Virus record (IMG/VR): IMGVR_UViG_3300014205_000174
DNA: 64,000 nt
Strand: one strand, 5' to 3'
Origin: a virus
Lineage: Duplodnaviria > Caudoviricetes
Numbering within the stretch: the stretch's first letter is position 1; the number at the start of each line of letters is the position of its first letter. Positions 36,637 through 47,398 of this stretch are shown here, one piece after another. The position numbers and the translations under genes are program-made. The notes below the pieces were generated by a model, which ran no database searches, was not told where the DNA came from, and saw only the letters and a list, made by a program, of their open reading frames with translations.

Positions 36637-38901
36637 ATGCCTAACGAAAACGAAATCATACAGCAAGCAATAGACCAGGTAAGACGCGATATTCTTGCGA
36701 ACAAGGATTTTGTGCGCGGTATACTGAAGGATATTAAGCTCACAAAAGACAACATTGACCCCAATTTAATCTACGCGCTCATGACACAATTTGCTTCAAA
36801 TCAGCAGCCAAGAAGGCCGCAATCGAATGCGCCAAAAGAAATTGCAGACGGCGACAAGGCCGTAGCAAAGCCAATTGCCATTTCCGTGGACAGCCTTGAA
36901 TCAAAGGTTGTGGCGGACTTGCTGTCCGGTAATAACGTGTATTTATACGGCAAGGCCGGTAGCGGTAAGGCTCAGCCGTTGTATTCGAAGATAGCCACAC
37001 CCGATGGCTGGAAGGCCATGGGTGACTTGTCAAAAGGGGATACTGTTTATTCTTCTGACGGTAAGCCAACTAAGGTGACTGGCGTATTTGACAGGGGCGT
37101 GAGGGATATTTATCGCATTACCTTTTCTGATGGGTCGTATACTGATTGTTGCGACGAGCATTTATGGGCTGTGTATAATTATAATTACATGGCTGGTAAA
37201 GAAACAAAGGTGATGGCGCTGAGTGCTTTTAAGGATAATATTATTAAGAAGCACGGAGGTGGTAAGTATAGAATACCTATAAGCCAGGCTGTTCAATACA
37301 AGGCTAAGAAGCATGTAATACACCCATATGTATTGGGCGTAATATTGGGTGATGGCGGCATGACAAATGAGAATATTACTATCACCACGCCGGATACTTT
37401 TATTGTAAAAAAAGTATCCGCATTACTACCGGATACTTTGGAGCTGAGGCTGTTTAAGCAAGAAGAAGGCAAGTGCCCAACATACGGTATCCGGCTAAAA
37501 GATAAAAAGACTAAAATAAATGTTTATCGGCATGAATTAATAAGGCTGGGCCTGATGTATAAGAAGTCAATAGATAAATCAATACCGGCAGAATATCTGT
37601 TTGATTCTATTGAAAACAGGCAGCAATTATTACTGGGTCTTAATGATACGGATGGTTCTGCTAGCGTATCAATGGAGTTTAGCACTTCATCTGAGAAATT
37701 ATCACAGGATTACGTGGAGCTGATTCAGTCCCTTGGCGGTACATGCAGGGTGAAATCAAGGATACCGAAATTCAAAAACAGTAAAGGGGAAGTTGCTTAT
37801 GGCCATGTAAGCTTCCGGCTTTATCCAAAAGTGATGAATGAGCTGGAGCTGTTTTCGTTGCCGTCTAAAAAGAGTAAAGTTCCCAAGCGTACAAAGTATT
37901 TCCCGTCAAGGGTGATTTATAGTGTTGAATTTATAGGTAAGCTGCCAGCAAGATGTATATCTGTTGCGAATGAAAGTCATTTATATCTTACCGATAGCTA
38001 CATCGTAACGCATAATACCTACCTCGCCGAAGCCATAGCAACAACTATCATGGGCCAGAAGAAGTTCCTGATAAATTGTTCGCAATGGACGTCCCCTGTG
38101 CAGCTTATTGGCGGCCAGACCATTAAGGGCTACCAGGAAGGGGAATTGATTAAGGCGTGGGCTCAGGGTGGGATACTTATACTTGATGAGTTGCCCAAGC
38201 TTGACCCGAATACGGCCAGTCTGCTTAATGCTGCACTGGCAGAGACAGCCGCTCAGCCGAAATACGATGATGCGGGAAATGTAATACCCAGCACTATTCC
38301 TTCTATCACCAATGGTCGTGGTGATGTTATTTATAAGGGACAAGACCAGGCCGACCCGGCATTGAAATTCAGGTTTGGGGTAATTGGTACCGGTAACACG
38401 GATATGAAGACCGTGGGTAATAAATACGGCGGTAACCAAAAGCAGGACTATTCACTTGTGGACAGGTTTGCCGGCTCTTATTACCTGCTTGATTATTCAC
38501 GTGATACGGAGATGCGCCTCACCTACCCTTATGTGTACGGTGTATGTGCTGCCATACGTAAATTCCTTGACGCACGTGATTCCGTGGAAAGCATATCGCT
38601 TCGTACCATGCTCAACATGAACAGGACATATGAGCAGGAGATGCTGTATAAGCTGGAGAACAGCCCGTTTGCCGATGAGATTTTCGACAACAACGGGAAT
38701 GAAATCCCTCCAAAAACTATTGATAATTCCATCGATAGCTTTTTGTCTATGCTGGACAAGCAAAAGATGAATGACCTGCTCGACGATACCGACTTTAAGA
38801 ACGCGCGTAACAGCACGGATAATAATGTCGAGACATTCATCCGGCACTTTAAAGCCAAGTATCATCTTGACCCGATTACCGGAGAAAGAGTCAAGAAGTA
38901 G
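36637..38901 (+). CDS. MoxR/CobS-like AAA+ ATPase containing an intein
   Basis: NVYLYGKAGSGK^T Walker A split by the intein; GGILILDE Walker B; GTGNT sensor; DRF arginine finger. Confidence 0.9.
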   Translation: MPNENEIIQQAIDQVRRDILANKDFVRGILKDIKLTKDNIDPNLIYALMTQFASNQQPRRPQSNAPKEIADGDKAVAKPIAISVDSLESKVVADLLSGNNVYLYGKAGSGKAQPLYSKIATPDGWKAMGDLSKGDTVYSSDGKPTKVTGVFDRGVRDIYRITFSDGSYTDCCDEHLWAVYNYNYMAGKETKVMALSAFKDNIIKKHGGGKYRIPISQAVQYKAKKHVIHPYVLGVILGDGGMTNENITITTPDTFIVKKVSALLPDTLELRLFKQEEGKCPTYGIRLKDKKTKINVYRHELIRLGLMYKKSIDKSIPAEYLFDSIENRQQLLLGLNDTDGSASVSMEFSTSSEKLSQDYVELIQSLGGTCRVKSRIPKFKNSKGEVAYGHVSFRLYPKVMNELELFSLPSKKSKVPKRTKYFPSRVIYSVEFIGKLPARCISVANESHLYLTDSYIVTHNTYLAEAIATTIMGQKKFLINCSQWTSPVQLIGGQTIKGYQEGELIKAWAQGGILILDELPKLDPNTASLLNAALAETAAQPKYDDAGNVIPSTIPSITNGRGDVIYKGQDQADPALKFRFGVIGTGNTDMKTVGNKYGGNQKQDYSLVDRFAGSYYLLDYSRDTEMRLTYPYVYGVCAAIRKFLDARDSVESISLRTMLNMNRTYEQEMLYKLENSPFADEIFDNNGNEIPPKTIDNSIDSFLSMLDKQKMNDLLDDTDFKNARNSTDNNVETFIRHFKAKYHLDPITGERVKK
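36970..38016 (+). mobile_element. class 3 intein (349 aa) with LAGLIDADG endonuclease
   Basis: Starts AQPL (Ala1), ends VTHN/T; HLW in block B, RCISV in block F, Thr in block G; LGVILGDG and LLGLNDTDG. Confidence 0.9.
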
Positions 38902-38930
38902 TTTCATTACCCATTACTAAACAACGATGA

Positions 38931-40253
38931 ATGGCCGCAGAATTAATTGGCTTTAGAGATAGTCCAAGGGCATATACGGATTATACAATACAGACCTTTC
39001 CTGACTGGCGGGCCTTGGATGCGTTTGCAAAGAAGATTGATGCGGTATATCCTGATTCTGTTGCCAAAGAAGCGAATGAGAATTATAAAAAAGCAGTAGA
39101 TAATTTGCTAATTAATGGCCAGAGCGGCACGAGCCGATTAAGTCGCGCGAATTTCGGTCTGTTTGGTAAAGCGCCCAATAGCTTTGATGATGGCATGAAG
39201 CGAGACCATTTCGTGTATTACGAGGAGTATAAAAAAATAAAAGAAGCGGTAGACAAGAAAATACGCGAAGAATTAGCAAAGTCGTCAGTAGCCGAGGCTA
39301 TGAAGCCAAGATTGGTTTTTAACGACCGTGAACTGGGTGAGTTTGTTTATGAGCGTGCGGCAATGTCACTGGTGCCCGAACTGTATTATTACTCTCCGTC
39401 TCAAAAAAGAGAGATAAACGCCAACGAGGAAAAGGTAATTCCCGTCGGTGACAAATACAAGCTGGAGGCCGACGGCAGCGAGGTGGTTTTTGTATTCAAA
39501 GTAGATTTGCCGGACGGTGGGATAGAATACGTGGAAGCTGATGGCGAAGAAAGTTTGCTGAGAGCCAATAGCCTTGGTATTATTAATGTCTCCAGCAATA
39601 ATAAAAAAGTGTACCTCTATAAGGAAAAGAAACCAAAGGTACACAATGCGATAAAAATCATAGTGGGCCTTACGGCAGGAGGATTTACCAACTGGGACAA
39701 TGATTTTTATACCGGTGTGGCCGCTGGGTGTGCACTTGAAATTTTAGAGAGCCTTGGTTATACAGTCCATATAGAAGTGGTGCTTGGTGGCGGAAGATGC
39801 CAGGGTTGCAGGGTAGGCAGTAGCCCAGGGCTTAATTTTCCAACTAAGTATGGCCGCAGGTTCTTTTCATTTGCCGCTAAAACATTTGACGACCCGGTAG
39901 ATATGGATGGCCTACTGTATACTATGTGCGACCCATCCTTTCACCGGATAAAATTTATACCGTATTTAAACTATTTCTATAGCTTGTACGGGGATGCGAT
40001 AGACACTGCCGCAAATCCAGCCATGACGTGGCACGGAATTGCGCAGGAAGACATGACCAACCCTATAGGTATGTATATCAAGCATCGTGACCATAAGGCC
40101 GGTAACGATAACCTGATACACTTTTACATACACCAGGTAAAAACAGAAGCTGACGTTATTGCTCAGATACTCGACCTTGTGCTGACGGCGGAAAATATTA
40201 ACATGACAGTACTTAAAAAAGCAGGTTCCCATGAGTTTGAAGAAGATGAATGA
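38931..40253 (+). CDS. probable vWA-like partner of the AAA+ ATPase
   Basis: Directly follows the AAA+ gene; IKIIVGLTAGG...GVAAGCALEILESLGYTVHIEV alpha/beta pattern. Confidence 0.55.
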   Translation: MAAELIGFRDSPRAYTDYTIQTFPDWRALDAFAKKIDAVYPDSVAKEANENYKKAVDNLLINGQSGTSRLSRANFGLFGKAPNSFDDGMKRDHFVYYEEYKKIKEAVDKKIREELAKSSVAEAMKPRLVFNDRELGEFVYERAAMSLVPELYYYSPSQKREINANEEKVIPVGDKYKLEADGSEVVFVFKVDLPDGGIEYVEADGEESLLRANSLGIINVSSNNKKVYLYKEKKPKVHNAIKIIVGLTAGGFTNWDNDFYTGVAAGCALEILESLGYTVHIEVVLGGGRCQGCRVGSSPGLNFPTKYGRRFFSFAAKTFDDPVDMDGLLYTMCDPSFHRIKFIPYLNYFYSLYGDAIDTAANPAMTWHGIAQEDMTNPIGMYIKHRDHKAGNDNLIHFYIHQVKTEADVIAQILDLVLTAENINMTVLKKAGSHEFEEDE

Positions 40254-40560
40254 AATTTTAGACAGCATAGAGCATAAGGCAAATATGTTCAGGCTGCAAT
40301 CGTCATTATCCTATAAAGGAAATGCCGAGGATATGGTGCCATACAAAGAAAAGATTGTGACCAATGACAAGTACCCGGATTTTTATTTCCTGGTCACGGA
40401 GAATATGATTTTTTCCGGCAGCGGTTCGCTAAAAGACAGTTCCTACAATGTGTTGTCCTTTAATAAGGATGGCATATTCATCAGGCAGGAAGATGTTGCA
40501 GAACTTGGGAAAGAATTTTTCAGAAGTATGAAAATATTGAAGGAACTGGAACAAACATAA
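40231..40560 (+). CDS. hypothetical protein
   Basis: 109 aa coupled ORF. Confidence 0.65.
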   Translation: MSLKKMNEILDSIEHKANMFRLQSSLSYKGNAEDMVPYKEKIVTNDKYPDFYFLVTENMIFSGSGSLKDSSYNVLSFNKDGIFIRQEDVAELGKEFFRSMKILKELEQT

Positions 40561-40572
40561 CAGAACACAAAC

Positions 40573-42708
40573 ATGCGCATAGCAAAAGATGTTTTACAAT
40601 CTTACAATCTATTCGACAGCTTGCCGCCGGAATTCAAGTCCCTGTCCGGTGGTGATTACTTTGTTATGTACTATACTACCAATGAAAAAGAACTTAAGCT
40701 TAATGTCTTCGACTATGATGTAGTTAAGCAGGTGAATGTTTCATTGTACAGGGGGTTGTCCGCCAAGGAAGATAAGAACAATGTGATATCATTAAACATT
40801 GCTTACTTTTCGGGAGATACATACGAGACAAGGGACGGTATTTTCTTCCTGTTCTTAAGGACATATAATTCCGCCGAATCCGTTGAAGCTTTCTACAGGG
40901 ATATAATGCAGCAGGATACGGCCAGCGATATAAATATTTCCATTAACGCAGTAACGGATATATACTCTCCGGATGACTTCCGTAAGTCACTTTCTTATTT
41001 CTCGCCAAACAGGATTCAGTCCATCATGTTCGTATATGACATGGTAGCTGACGCCTTTAAGCGCCGGCTGTCTACTGATTTATACGGTGGGATGATAAAG
41101 AAGGTGGTGAATCTCATTAAGTACGATGGCGGGGTTCTAAATGAGTTAGGGGGTGAGCTGAGGTACATGGTAATTGGTGAGCACAGCAGGTTGAATAAAA
41201 ATCAAGCTGTAAAGCTGAATGCTGCAAAAATCCTGCTTCGCTCCATGCAGTCCCCGGAGGAAATATATAAGAGTACCGGCTGGTACTTCAGTGATAAAGA
41301 CGGAAAGTGGAGAACGAATATTTCCGACGATGAGGCTGCAATATCGGAAATATATCTTTCGGACGTGCAGGGCCGGAAATTATACAGGCCCTCTGCCGGT
41401 AATTCAACCAACGAGGATGTTTTATCCCTTGTGGGCAAACCAGAAAGGATATATGCATACAACTACCAGGGTAAATTGTCGGAAGTATTAAAGCACCCGA
41501 CGCTGTATGAATATTACCCGCAACTAGCAAACCTGCCAATACTTTATTTTGTATCAGACGACACTACAAGGGATTTCCCGCAGGAATTCTATTATGCGCC
41601 TAACGACCGTGGCGGATACATAGTGATAAACGGTTCGAACCTGTACGGCCCTATACTATCTACGTTGCTGCATGAGACACAGCATGCGGTGCAGCGCATA
41701 GAAGATTTTGCTACAGGTGGTAATGAGTTTGTTGCGCGGTTTGTAGCTTCTATTGGCGGTAAATCAGTGAGAAAAGTATTCTCATCAGTAAACAGACTGG
41801 AAAGATTTTTTAAAGAAAACTTACTTTCTGATAGTAGTCGCATAGAATTACTAGCCAAACTAAATAAAGAAAGACCAAGAAATGATTCTGCGGCATCGGC
41901 ATTGAATCAGTTGCTGCCATTAATGCAGGACTTTGAGACCTACAGCCTTTCGTACAAGAACATAAACTTTCTTCTGGCGATATACATTGCGGAAAATAAA
42001 GATTTCGCCAATAATGGAATAGTGATATACCTGAATAATATAATTGGGGATATCATTTTTGACCTGATAGGGAATATTTCGTCCGGGTATAATGAAGCGA
42101 TGGTAGTAATGACCAAGCTGTCCGGCGATGGGTTTAAGAAGGATGATATACAAACGATACTATTTGCCAGCTATCAGAACCTGTACGGGGAAATGGAAAG
42201 CCGCTCGGTACAGGCGTCGAGGTATGTGACCAGTGAGTATAAGAATTATTTTTGGCTGACGGAATGGGAGCGCTCTCCTATAAAGCAATTGGTAGTCATT
42301 GATGGTATAGAGACTGTTATAGATACCAAGAGCATAAAGGCCGCAGTAGAAAAGAAGGGCGATGAATACGTAATGCACTTTTCTAAGTCAGCCTCCTGTG
42401 TTCCCTTCCTGCATGAATTGGGGCACATGGTTCATGACGGCATGATTCAGGCGGGGTTTGGGCCAGATATTGAAAAGTGCTACGAGAATAATTATTCATT
42501 TGAAGACATTGGGGAGTATTTCGTTAGTCGCTTCCTTGGGTACATAGGCAAAAACATTGACGACGATAATATTGCCAATGATATGAAAGTGGATTTCTCC
42601 ATTGACTCGGAGCCCTGCATGAATGAATTGTTTGATTCTTTTTTTACGGAGTCTGGTTACGATGAGCGACTGGAGTATTTACAAACGTTGTTAGTTTCTA
42701 TTATATAA
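40573..42708 (+). CDS. polyvalent protein: LPD23-like domain + zincin metallopeptidase (MPTase-like)
   Basis: IYKSTGWY...DGKWR.NISD; HPTLYEYYPQL; LLHETQHAVQ..E.F..GG; YQNLYGEMESR; second HELGH. Confidence 0.8.
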   Translation: MRIAKDVLQSYNLFDSLPPEFKSLSGGDYFVMYYTTNEKELKLNVFDYDVVKQVNVSLYRGLSAKEDKNNVISLNIAYFSGDTYETRDGIFFLFLRTYNSAESVEAFYRDIMQQDTASDINISINAVTDIYSPDDFRKSLSYFSPNRIQSIMFVYDMVADAFKRRLSTDLYGGMIKKVVNLIKYDGGVLNELGGELRYMVIGEHSRLNKNQAVKLNAAKILLRSMQSPEEIYKSTGWYFSDKDGKWRTNISDDEAAISEIYLSDVQGRKLYRPSAGNSTNEDVLSLVGKPERIYAYNYQGKLSEVLKHPTLYEYYPQLANLPILYFVSDDTTRDFPQEFYYAPNDRGGYIVINGSNLYGPILSTLLHETQHAVQRIEDFATGGNEFVARFVASIGGKSVRKVFSSVNRLERFFKENLLSDSSRIELLAKLNKERPRNDSAASALNQLLPLMQDFETYSLSYKNINFLLAIYIAENKDFANNGIVIYLNNIIGDIIFDLIGNISSGYNEAMVVMTKLSGDGFKKDDIQTILFASYQNLYGEMESRSVQASRYVTSEYKNYFWLTEWERSPIKQLVVIDGIETVIDTKSIKAAVEKKGDEYVMHFSKSASCVPFLHELGHMVHDGMIQAGFGPDIEKCYENNYSFEDIGEYFVSRFLGYIGKNIDDDNIANDMKVDFSIDSEPCMNELFDSFFTESGYDERLEYLQTLLVSII

Positions 42709-44570
42709 TGGCCAAAAACGCGACATTAAATAAAAAAAATGCAGACATCTCTGCCAGCATCCAGAATGAACTGGGCCTGGAGGAGTTGCCGGTAATCAGG
42801 TTATATCATTCCGGCGATGAGCTTATAGATAATTTATACCTCACCACGGATAATAAGGGCATTGCCGCGTCATCTACAGGCGAAATTCGCGACCCGAATA
42901 AGCCGGCCGGCCCAGCGCGTGGCGGAGGTTCCGGTAAAGGCAAACAAGGGCAAGGGCAGGGCCAAGGTGGACAGCAGGGCGGAGATAGTGAGGGTGAGGG
43001 CGATAATGGTGCAGATGAGCCGGATACTGACGGCATTAAGCTGCCTGGTGAAGGTGAAGGTGGCGAACCTGGAGATGAAGAAGGCGAGGGTGAGGGTAGT
43101 TCTGGGGATGACAATGAAAATGACGATAATGCCGGAGGTGAAGATGATAACGAAAATAATGATGGAGATTCCGGCGATAGCAATAAAATAAAAGTAGGTG
43201 ATAAGGTAAGAATCAAAAGTACTAACCAGGAAGGTGTCGTTACTTTCATGAATGAGGACGGAACATTTGTTGTGTCGCCAGTGCCAGAAGTATCAACCCC
43301 AACCGCCGCCGCAGGCATGTTGGTTCCAGAAGGGGTAGAGGTGCTGGGTGATTTCCCGGCAGACGACCTTGAAAAAATCACCCCCGAGTCTAAGGGTGGC
43401 GGTAAAGGGAATTCTAAGCCAGGTAATAAGGGTGGTGGTAAAGGCGAAGGTCAGGGTAAGGGTAAGCCTGGAGCGGGGGAGAAAGGGCAGGGCGGCGAGC
43501 AAGGCGAAGGTCAGGGCGAGGGTGAACAAGGCGAACAGGGTGAATCTGAGGGTGGCCAGCAGGGCCAGTCCGGGCAGGGCCAGGGGCCGCAGCAAAATCA
43601 GCCTGTTCTTGACAGGGAAAGTTTAATTGCCCGCATGAATGAATTGCGCACAATTACCTTTAAGCTTCCTGCATTTGCATATGCGTTTTACGGAGAGCGC
43701 ATGGACATTACCCGTAATGAAATGTTCAGCACTAAAGGCCGTTTGGCCCTGTTGCAGCGCTATGCAAAAAGTGTGTTCAGTAAAAAGACGCCATTCACGA
43801 CTAAGCAGGCTACTGATTATACGCAAATGATAGGGCGTTATGATAATCTCATCAGTTTCTACAAGGGTAATGCGGTATTTAGGGACGGTAGTTTTTATTA
43901 CAATACAGAGAGCGCTTCCTTCCAGCAAATGGAGGAAATTCTTAGCGATGAACTGGCGGATACCGGCTTGGGTATTGTATTCGACTGGTTAAAGCCCATA
44001 GATGAACTGATTATCCGCGATGAGGAGTTCTACCGGTTTATGTCTTTGACTGCGTTTCTGAAACCAGCTTTATTTGGCAGCGACTTTTTGCAGGAGCACA
44101 TAGATTACATGTTCCGTTATTTAAAGATAAGGCAGATACCGTTTACTAACGCCCCTTCTATATCTGTAGTGCACGAAGCGCTTACGTATGAGAAGATATA
44201 TACCATGATTACCGGCGGGTCATTGAATGTGTATACGTTATTCAGAACACAAGACCGTAATGATTTTGCGTTCCTGGAAATAAAAAATGCGATAGATGCC
44301 ACAAGTGGGAATGGCGGGACACCGGCACCAGTTACATACAGGAACTTACTGCTTAGTGACCTGAAGAATGATGCTTTTGATGACAGCGGCAGTATAAGGG
44401 TGTATTTTGCTACGGAAATAAGACATTTCTATTATTCCGCCTTGAATTTAAGGGATAATTCCGGTTATAAAGATACCATTATGAAAAATATAGAATTTGT
44501 GTTAGATTTGCAAAACAGTAAAATGAAAGTGCCTTTATCCGAATTTGCCTTAGAGGTGGCGATTTCGTAG
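42708..44570 (+). CDS. protein with Gly/Glu/Gln-rich disordered linkers and a KOW/SH3-like module
   Basis: GQGQG/EGEG low-complexity tracts flanking IKVGDKVRIKSTNQEGVV. Confidence 0.8.
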   Translation: MAKNATLNKKNADISASIQNELGLEELPVIRLYHSGDELIDNLYLTTDNKGIAASSTGEIRDPNKPAGPARGGGSGKGKQGQGQGQGGQQGGDSEGEGDNGADEPDTDGIKLPGEGEGGEPGDEEGEGEGSSGDDNENDDNAGGEDDNENNDGDSGDSNKIKVGDKVRIKSTNQEGVVTFMNEDGTFVVSPVPEVSTPTAAAGMLVPEGVEVLGDFPADDLEKITPESKGGGKGNSKPGNKGGGKGEGQGKGKPGAGEKGQGGEQGEGQGEGEQGEQGESEGGQQGQSGQGQGPQQNQPVLDRESLIARMNELRTITFKLPAFAYAFYGERMDITRNEMFSTKGRLALLQRYAKSVFSKKTPFTTKQATDYTQMIGRYDNLISFYKGNAVFRDGSFYYNTESASFQQMEEILSDELADTGLGIVFDWLKPIDELIIRDEEFYRFMSLTAFLKPALFGSDFLQEHIDYMFRYLKIRQIPFTNAPSISVVHEALTYEKIYTMITGGSLNVYTLFRTQDRNDFAFLEIKNAIDATSGNGGTPAPVTYRNLLLSDLKNDAFDDSGSIRVYFATEIRHFYYSALNLRDNSGYKDTIMKNIEFVLDLQNSKMKVPLSEFALEVAIS

Positions 44571-44599
44571 TTTGTTATAAATATAAATTATCAAAAAAC

Positions 44600-45277
44600 A
44601 TGGCATATAAATTCTTTACTAAGCGACTTTTGCAGGATGGGTCTGTAGACCTTGCTTCCGTATTCCCGGAAAAGCAATTGATAGCCAAGCAACAAAATAA
44701 TACGGCCTATGGCTTTCCGGAAATAGTAGACTATCTGCGCCGGGCTACTGAAGAATTTAAATTTTCCGACCAGAAGTACATCGATATGGATAATGCCATA
44801 CGTGCTATTATGGCGAAGTACTATACAAGCCGCAATGAGCCAAATCCATTTGAAGATAGTGAGGTGATTGTCGAAGAGGGTGATTTCGAAAGGGGCCGTA
44901 TACCAAGAACGCCCGCTATTGTCGAAGAGGGGCACATAAGGGGTAAAGGGAAAGACAAAATAAAGCCTGGTGCACCAGATAATGTGAAGCAGGAGTTCGT
45001 TAATCCGGATGTTTCCGCGCCAGTATCCACCGGTACAGAAAAAGTGCTCGATGATGTAGTCCCGGATTCAATACCGCAGGTAGCGCCTGTTGACGACGCT
45101 ATATCTGAACCAGCATTACCTCCTGTTGAGCCTGTTGCTGCGCCAACGGCCACTACGGAAGAAGAGCCGTCAGCTCAGGAAATATTGGATGCCATTGAAG
45201 TGCTGCAATTTCTTGTAGATGATGGTGATGAGAGCGCAAGAGAAGCGCAGGATGCACTGAAGTTATTGTTACCATAG
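44600..45277 (+). CDS. acidic Pro-rich hypothetical protein
   Basis: 225 aa. Confidence 0.75.
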   Translation: MAYKFFTKRLLQDGSVDLASVFPEKQLIAKQQNNTAYGFPEIVDYLRRATEEFKFSDQKYIDMDNAIRAIMAKYYTSRNEPNPFEDSEVIVEEGDFERGRIPRTPAIVEEGHIRGKGKDKIKPGAPDNVKQEFVNPDVSAPVSTGTEKVLDDVVPDSIPQVAPVDDAISEPALPPVEPVAAPTATTEEEPSAQEILDAIEVLQFLVDDGDESAREAQDALKLLLP

Positions 45278-45328
45278 TAATCACTGCAATTAACTAACTA
45301 ACTTTTATCCAATATTAAAATCACACTT

Positions 45329-47356
45329 ATGGATATCGCAAAAATAAATCAAGACATTGCTACGATAGAAAAAGCGCTAGGCAACCCAGCTCTTAATGAG
45401 GCTATGAAAAAAGCCCTTGGCAATAAGCTTGCGGCTTTGAAATCGCAGATTACCACGGCTGCTGAGGCTTCTGAAAAGAAAGAGGAAGCTGTACAGGATA
45501 AATCCGATGATGAGGAAAAAAAGCTGAGAGATGTAATAATGAAGATATGGAAGGGCCTGGAAAACAAACAGGTTCCGGAAGCTGCCAAGGGCGCACTTCG
45601 TAAGAAACTAAAAGACGCGGAGGCTCGTGTAATTGAAATTGAAAAAGAAAAGGAAGCTGCGGCTAAAGCTAAGGAGGACGCGGCCAAAGAAGTAAAAGAG
45701 GTAGTTAAAACAGTGGATGCCGCAATAGCTGATGTAAAAAAGGGTAAAACCGTAAAGAAGGGCTCGATAAAAAAAGCAGGGGAAAAGCTAAAGAAAGTAG
45801 CTGCCGGTAAAAAGGAAAGGACGCAAGCTGCTACTACGCATGAGAAAAAGTACAAAAAAGAAATCGATGAGCTACTAGCTTTCGTGAAGAATAATCCGAA
45901 GCTTAAGGTTGCGTATAAGGGCTATAGCAAAGATAGCCTGGAGCGTGACGCCAAGCGCCATGCTCTTCCTCCGGGCAAGCGCATATCTGAGTCTGGCAAT
46001 GTGTACTACGAGCGTCGTAGGAACCGTGTTGACCTGACTAAGCGTAAAAGATATCCTTTCTTTGAGGATGGTGGGGAGTTGAAGGAGCATACTGCTACTA
46101 TTCCAAATAACTATGTATTTGCAACTCCGGAAGAGGTGTGGGACGGGTGGAATCTGAAACAGCGCAAACACTTCATGGATGACCATAATTTAATCTTCGA
46201 GATACAAAAATTAGCAAATAAGTCATTTGCTAAAATATCAGCAACGGAATTAGCTGAAGGGGAAGGTTTTGTTGATAAGCTTACAGAGCATATAAAAAGA
46301 GGCCAGTACAAATCCGGCGGCAAGCTTAAGCAGGGCAACCCGCAGGGTGAGCATTACAGCCAGATGGCGGACAAAAAGAAAGACGCAAAGCCCGTTGGTT
46401 GGAGGTTTACCGAAGAGTTTATCAATAGCCGTGCAGGAAAACGCCTGAATCTTACTTCTTCCAGTAAGCCAACTGATGAGCAGATAGAAAAATACAAGGA
46501 TAAGGCCTGTGGCGATGGTCGTTGTGTTTACCAGGAAAAGAGGGCCGACCATAGCGATAAGAATGCGAAGCGTTATTTAGCAGATGGTGGTGTTGTTGGC
46601 GACGGGAAATGCACGTACAAAGCATTTTATAAGGGGAAAGAGATTGATGTAAAAGCAGATACCCAGTACGCTGCTCAGAAAACTGCTGCCACTCACTTTA
46701 AGGCTAAAAAAAGTTACGATGTGAATGTTGTAATAATGCACGATGGTGATAAAGAGGTGGTGCACTCTACTGCCGGGTTTAAAAAAGGCGGCAAGCTTAA
46801 GCAGGGCAACCCCCAGGGCGAGCACTACAGTCAACAGGCGGACAAAAAGAAAGACGCCAAGCCAGTTGGCTGGAGATTTACCGAAGAGTTTATCAATAGC
46901 CGTGCAGGAAAACGCCTGAATCTTACTTCTTCCAGTAAGCCCACCGAAGAACAGGTAGATAAATACAAGGATAAAGCTTGCGGTGACGGGCGTTGCGTTT
47001 ACCAGGAAGCAAGAGCTGACCATAGTGACAAAAATGCGAAGCGTCATTTAGCAGATGGTGGCGATATAGAACATGGTTATAAAAAAGGCGGTAAAATCAA
47101 GCAGGGTAGCCCGCAGGGTGAGCATTACACAGAAGGAGCTGATGCCGTTAAGCATTCAAAGCCTGTGGGCTGGCGCTTTACAAATAAGTTCCTGAAGACA
47201 CCTGCCGCAAAGCTAAGAAACCTTACTGCCCGCAGTGCGCCAACGAAGGCGGATATTGCAAAGTACAAGGACAGGACGTTTAAGGATGGGGCGCGTTATC
47301 TTTACCAGGAAGCACGTGCCGACCATAGTGACAAACAAAAGAAGTCTGGGTTATAA
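45329..47356 (+). CDS. basic modular GG-motif protein with three repeated modules (putative DNA-binding core protein)
   Basis: FEDGG, YKSGG, LADGG, FKKGG, LADGG, YKKGG; module KQGxPQGEHY...PVGWRF...YQExRADHSDK x3. Confidence 0.85.
   Translation: MDIAKINQDIATIEKALGNPALNEAMKKALGNKLAALKSQITTAAEASEKKEEAVQDKSDDEEKKLRDVIMKIWKGLENKQVPEAAKGALRKKLKDAEARVIEIEKEKEAAAKAKEDAAKEVKEVVKTVDAAIADVKKGKTVKKGSIKKAGEKLKKVAAGKKERTQAATTHEKKYKKEIDELLAFVKNNPKLKVAYKGYSKDSLERDAKRHALPPGKRISESGNVYYERRRNRVDLTKRKRYPFFEDGGELKEHTATIPNNYVFATPEEVWDGWNLKQRKHFMDDHNLIFEIQKLANKSFAKISATELAEGEGFVDKLTEHIKRGQYKSGGKLKQGNPQGEHYSQMADKKKDAKPVGWRFTEEFINSRAGKRLNLTSSSKPTDEQIEKYKDKACGDGRCVYQEKRADHSDKNAKRYLADGGVVGDGKCTYKAFYKGKEIDVKADTQYAAQKTAATHFKAKKSYDVNVVIMHDGDKEVVHSTAGFKKGGKLKQGNPQGEHYSQQADKKKDAKPVGWRFTEEFINSRAGKRLNLTSSSKPTEEQVDKYKDKACGDGRCVYQEARADHSDKNAKRHLADGGDIEHGYKKGGKIKQGSPQGEHYTEGADAVKHSKPVGWRFTNKFLKTPAAKLRNLTARSAPTKADIAKYKDRTFKDGARYLYQEARADHSDKQKKSGL
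46307..47356 (+). repeat. three intragenic ~280-bp module repeats
   Basis: Copies start at 46307, 46778 and 47078; the first two are nearly identical in DNA. Confidence 0.9.
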
Positions 47357-47398
47357 TTGTAGTTTCTGAGTTTAAGAATAAAAACAAACCAAAAAAAT

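Noticed and set aside
40030-40044. Additional sigma-54-like site TGGCACGGAATTGC
   Set aside because: Spacing is N4 rather than N5 and it lies inside a CDS
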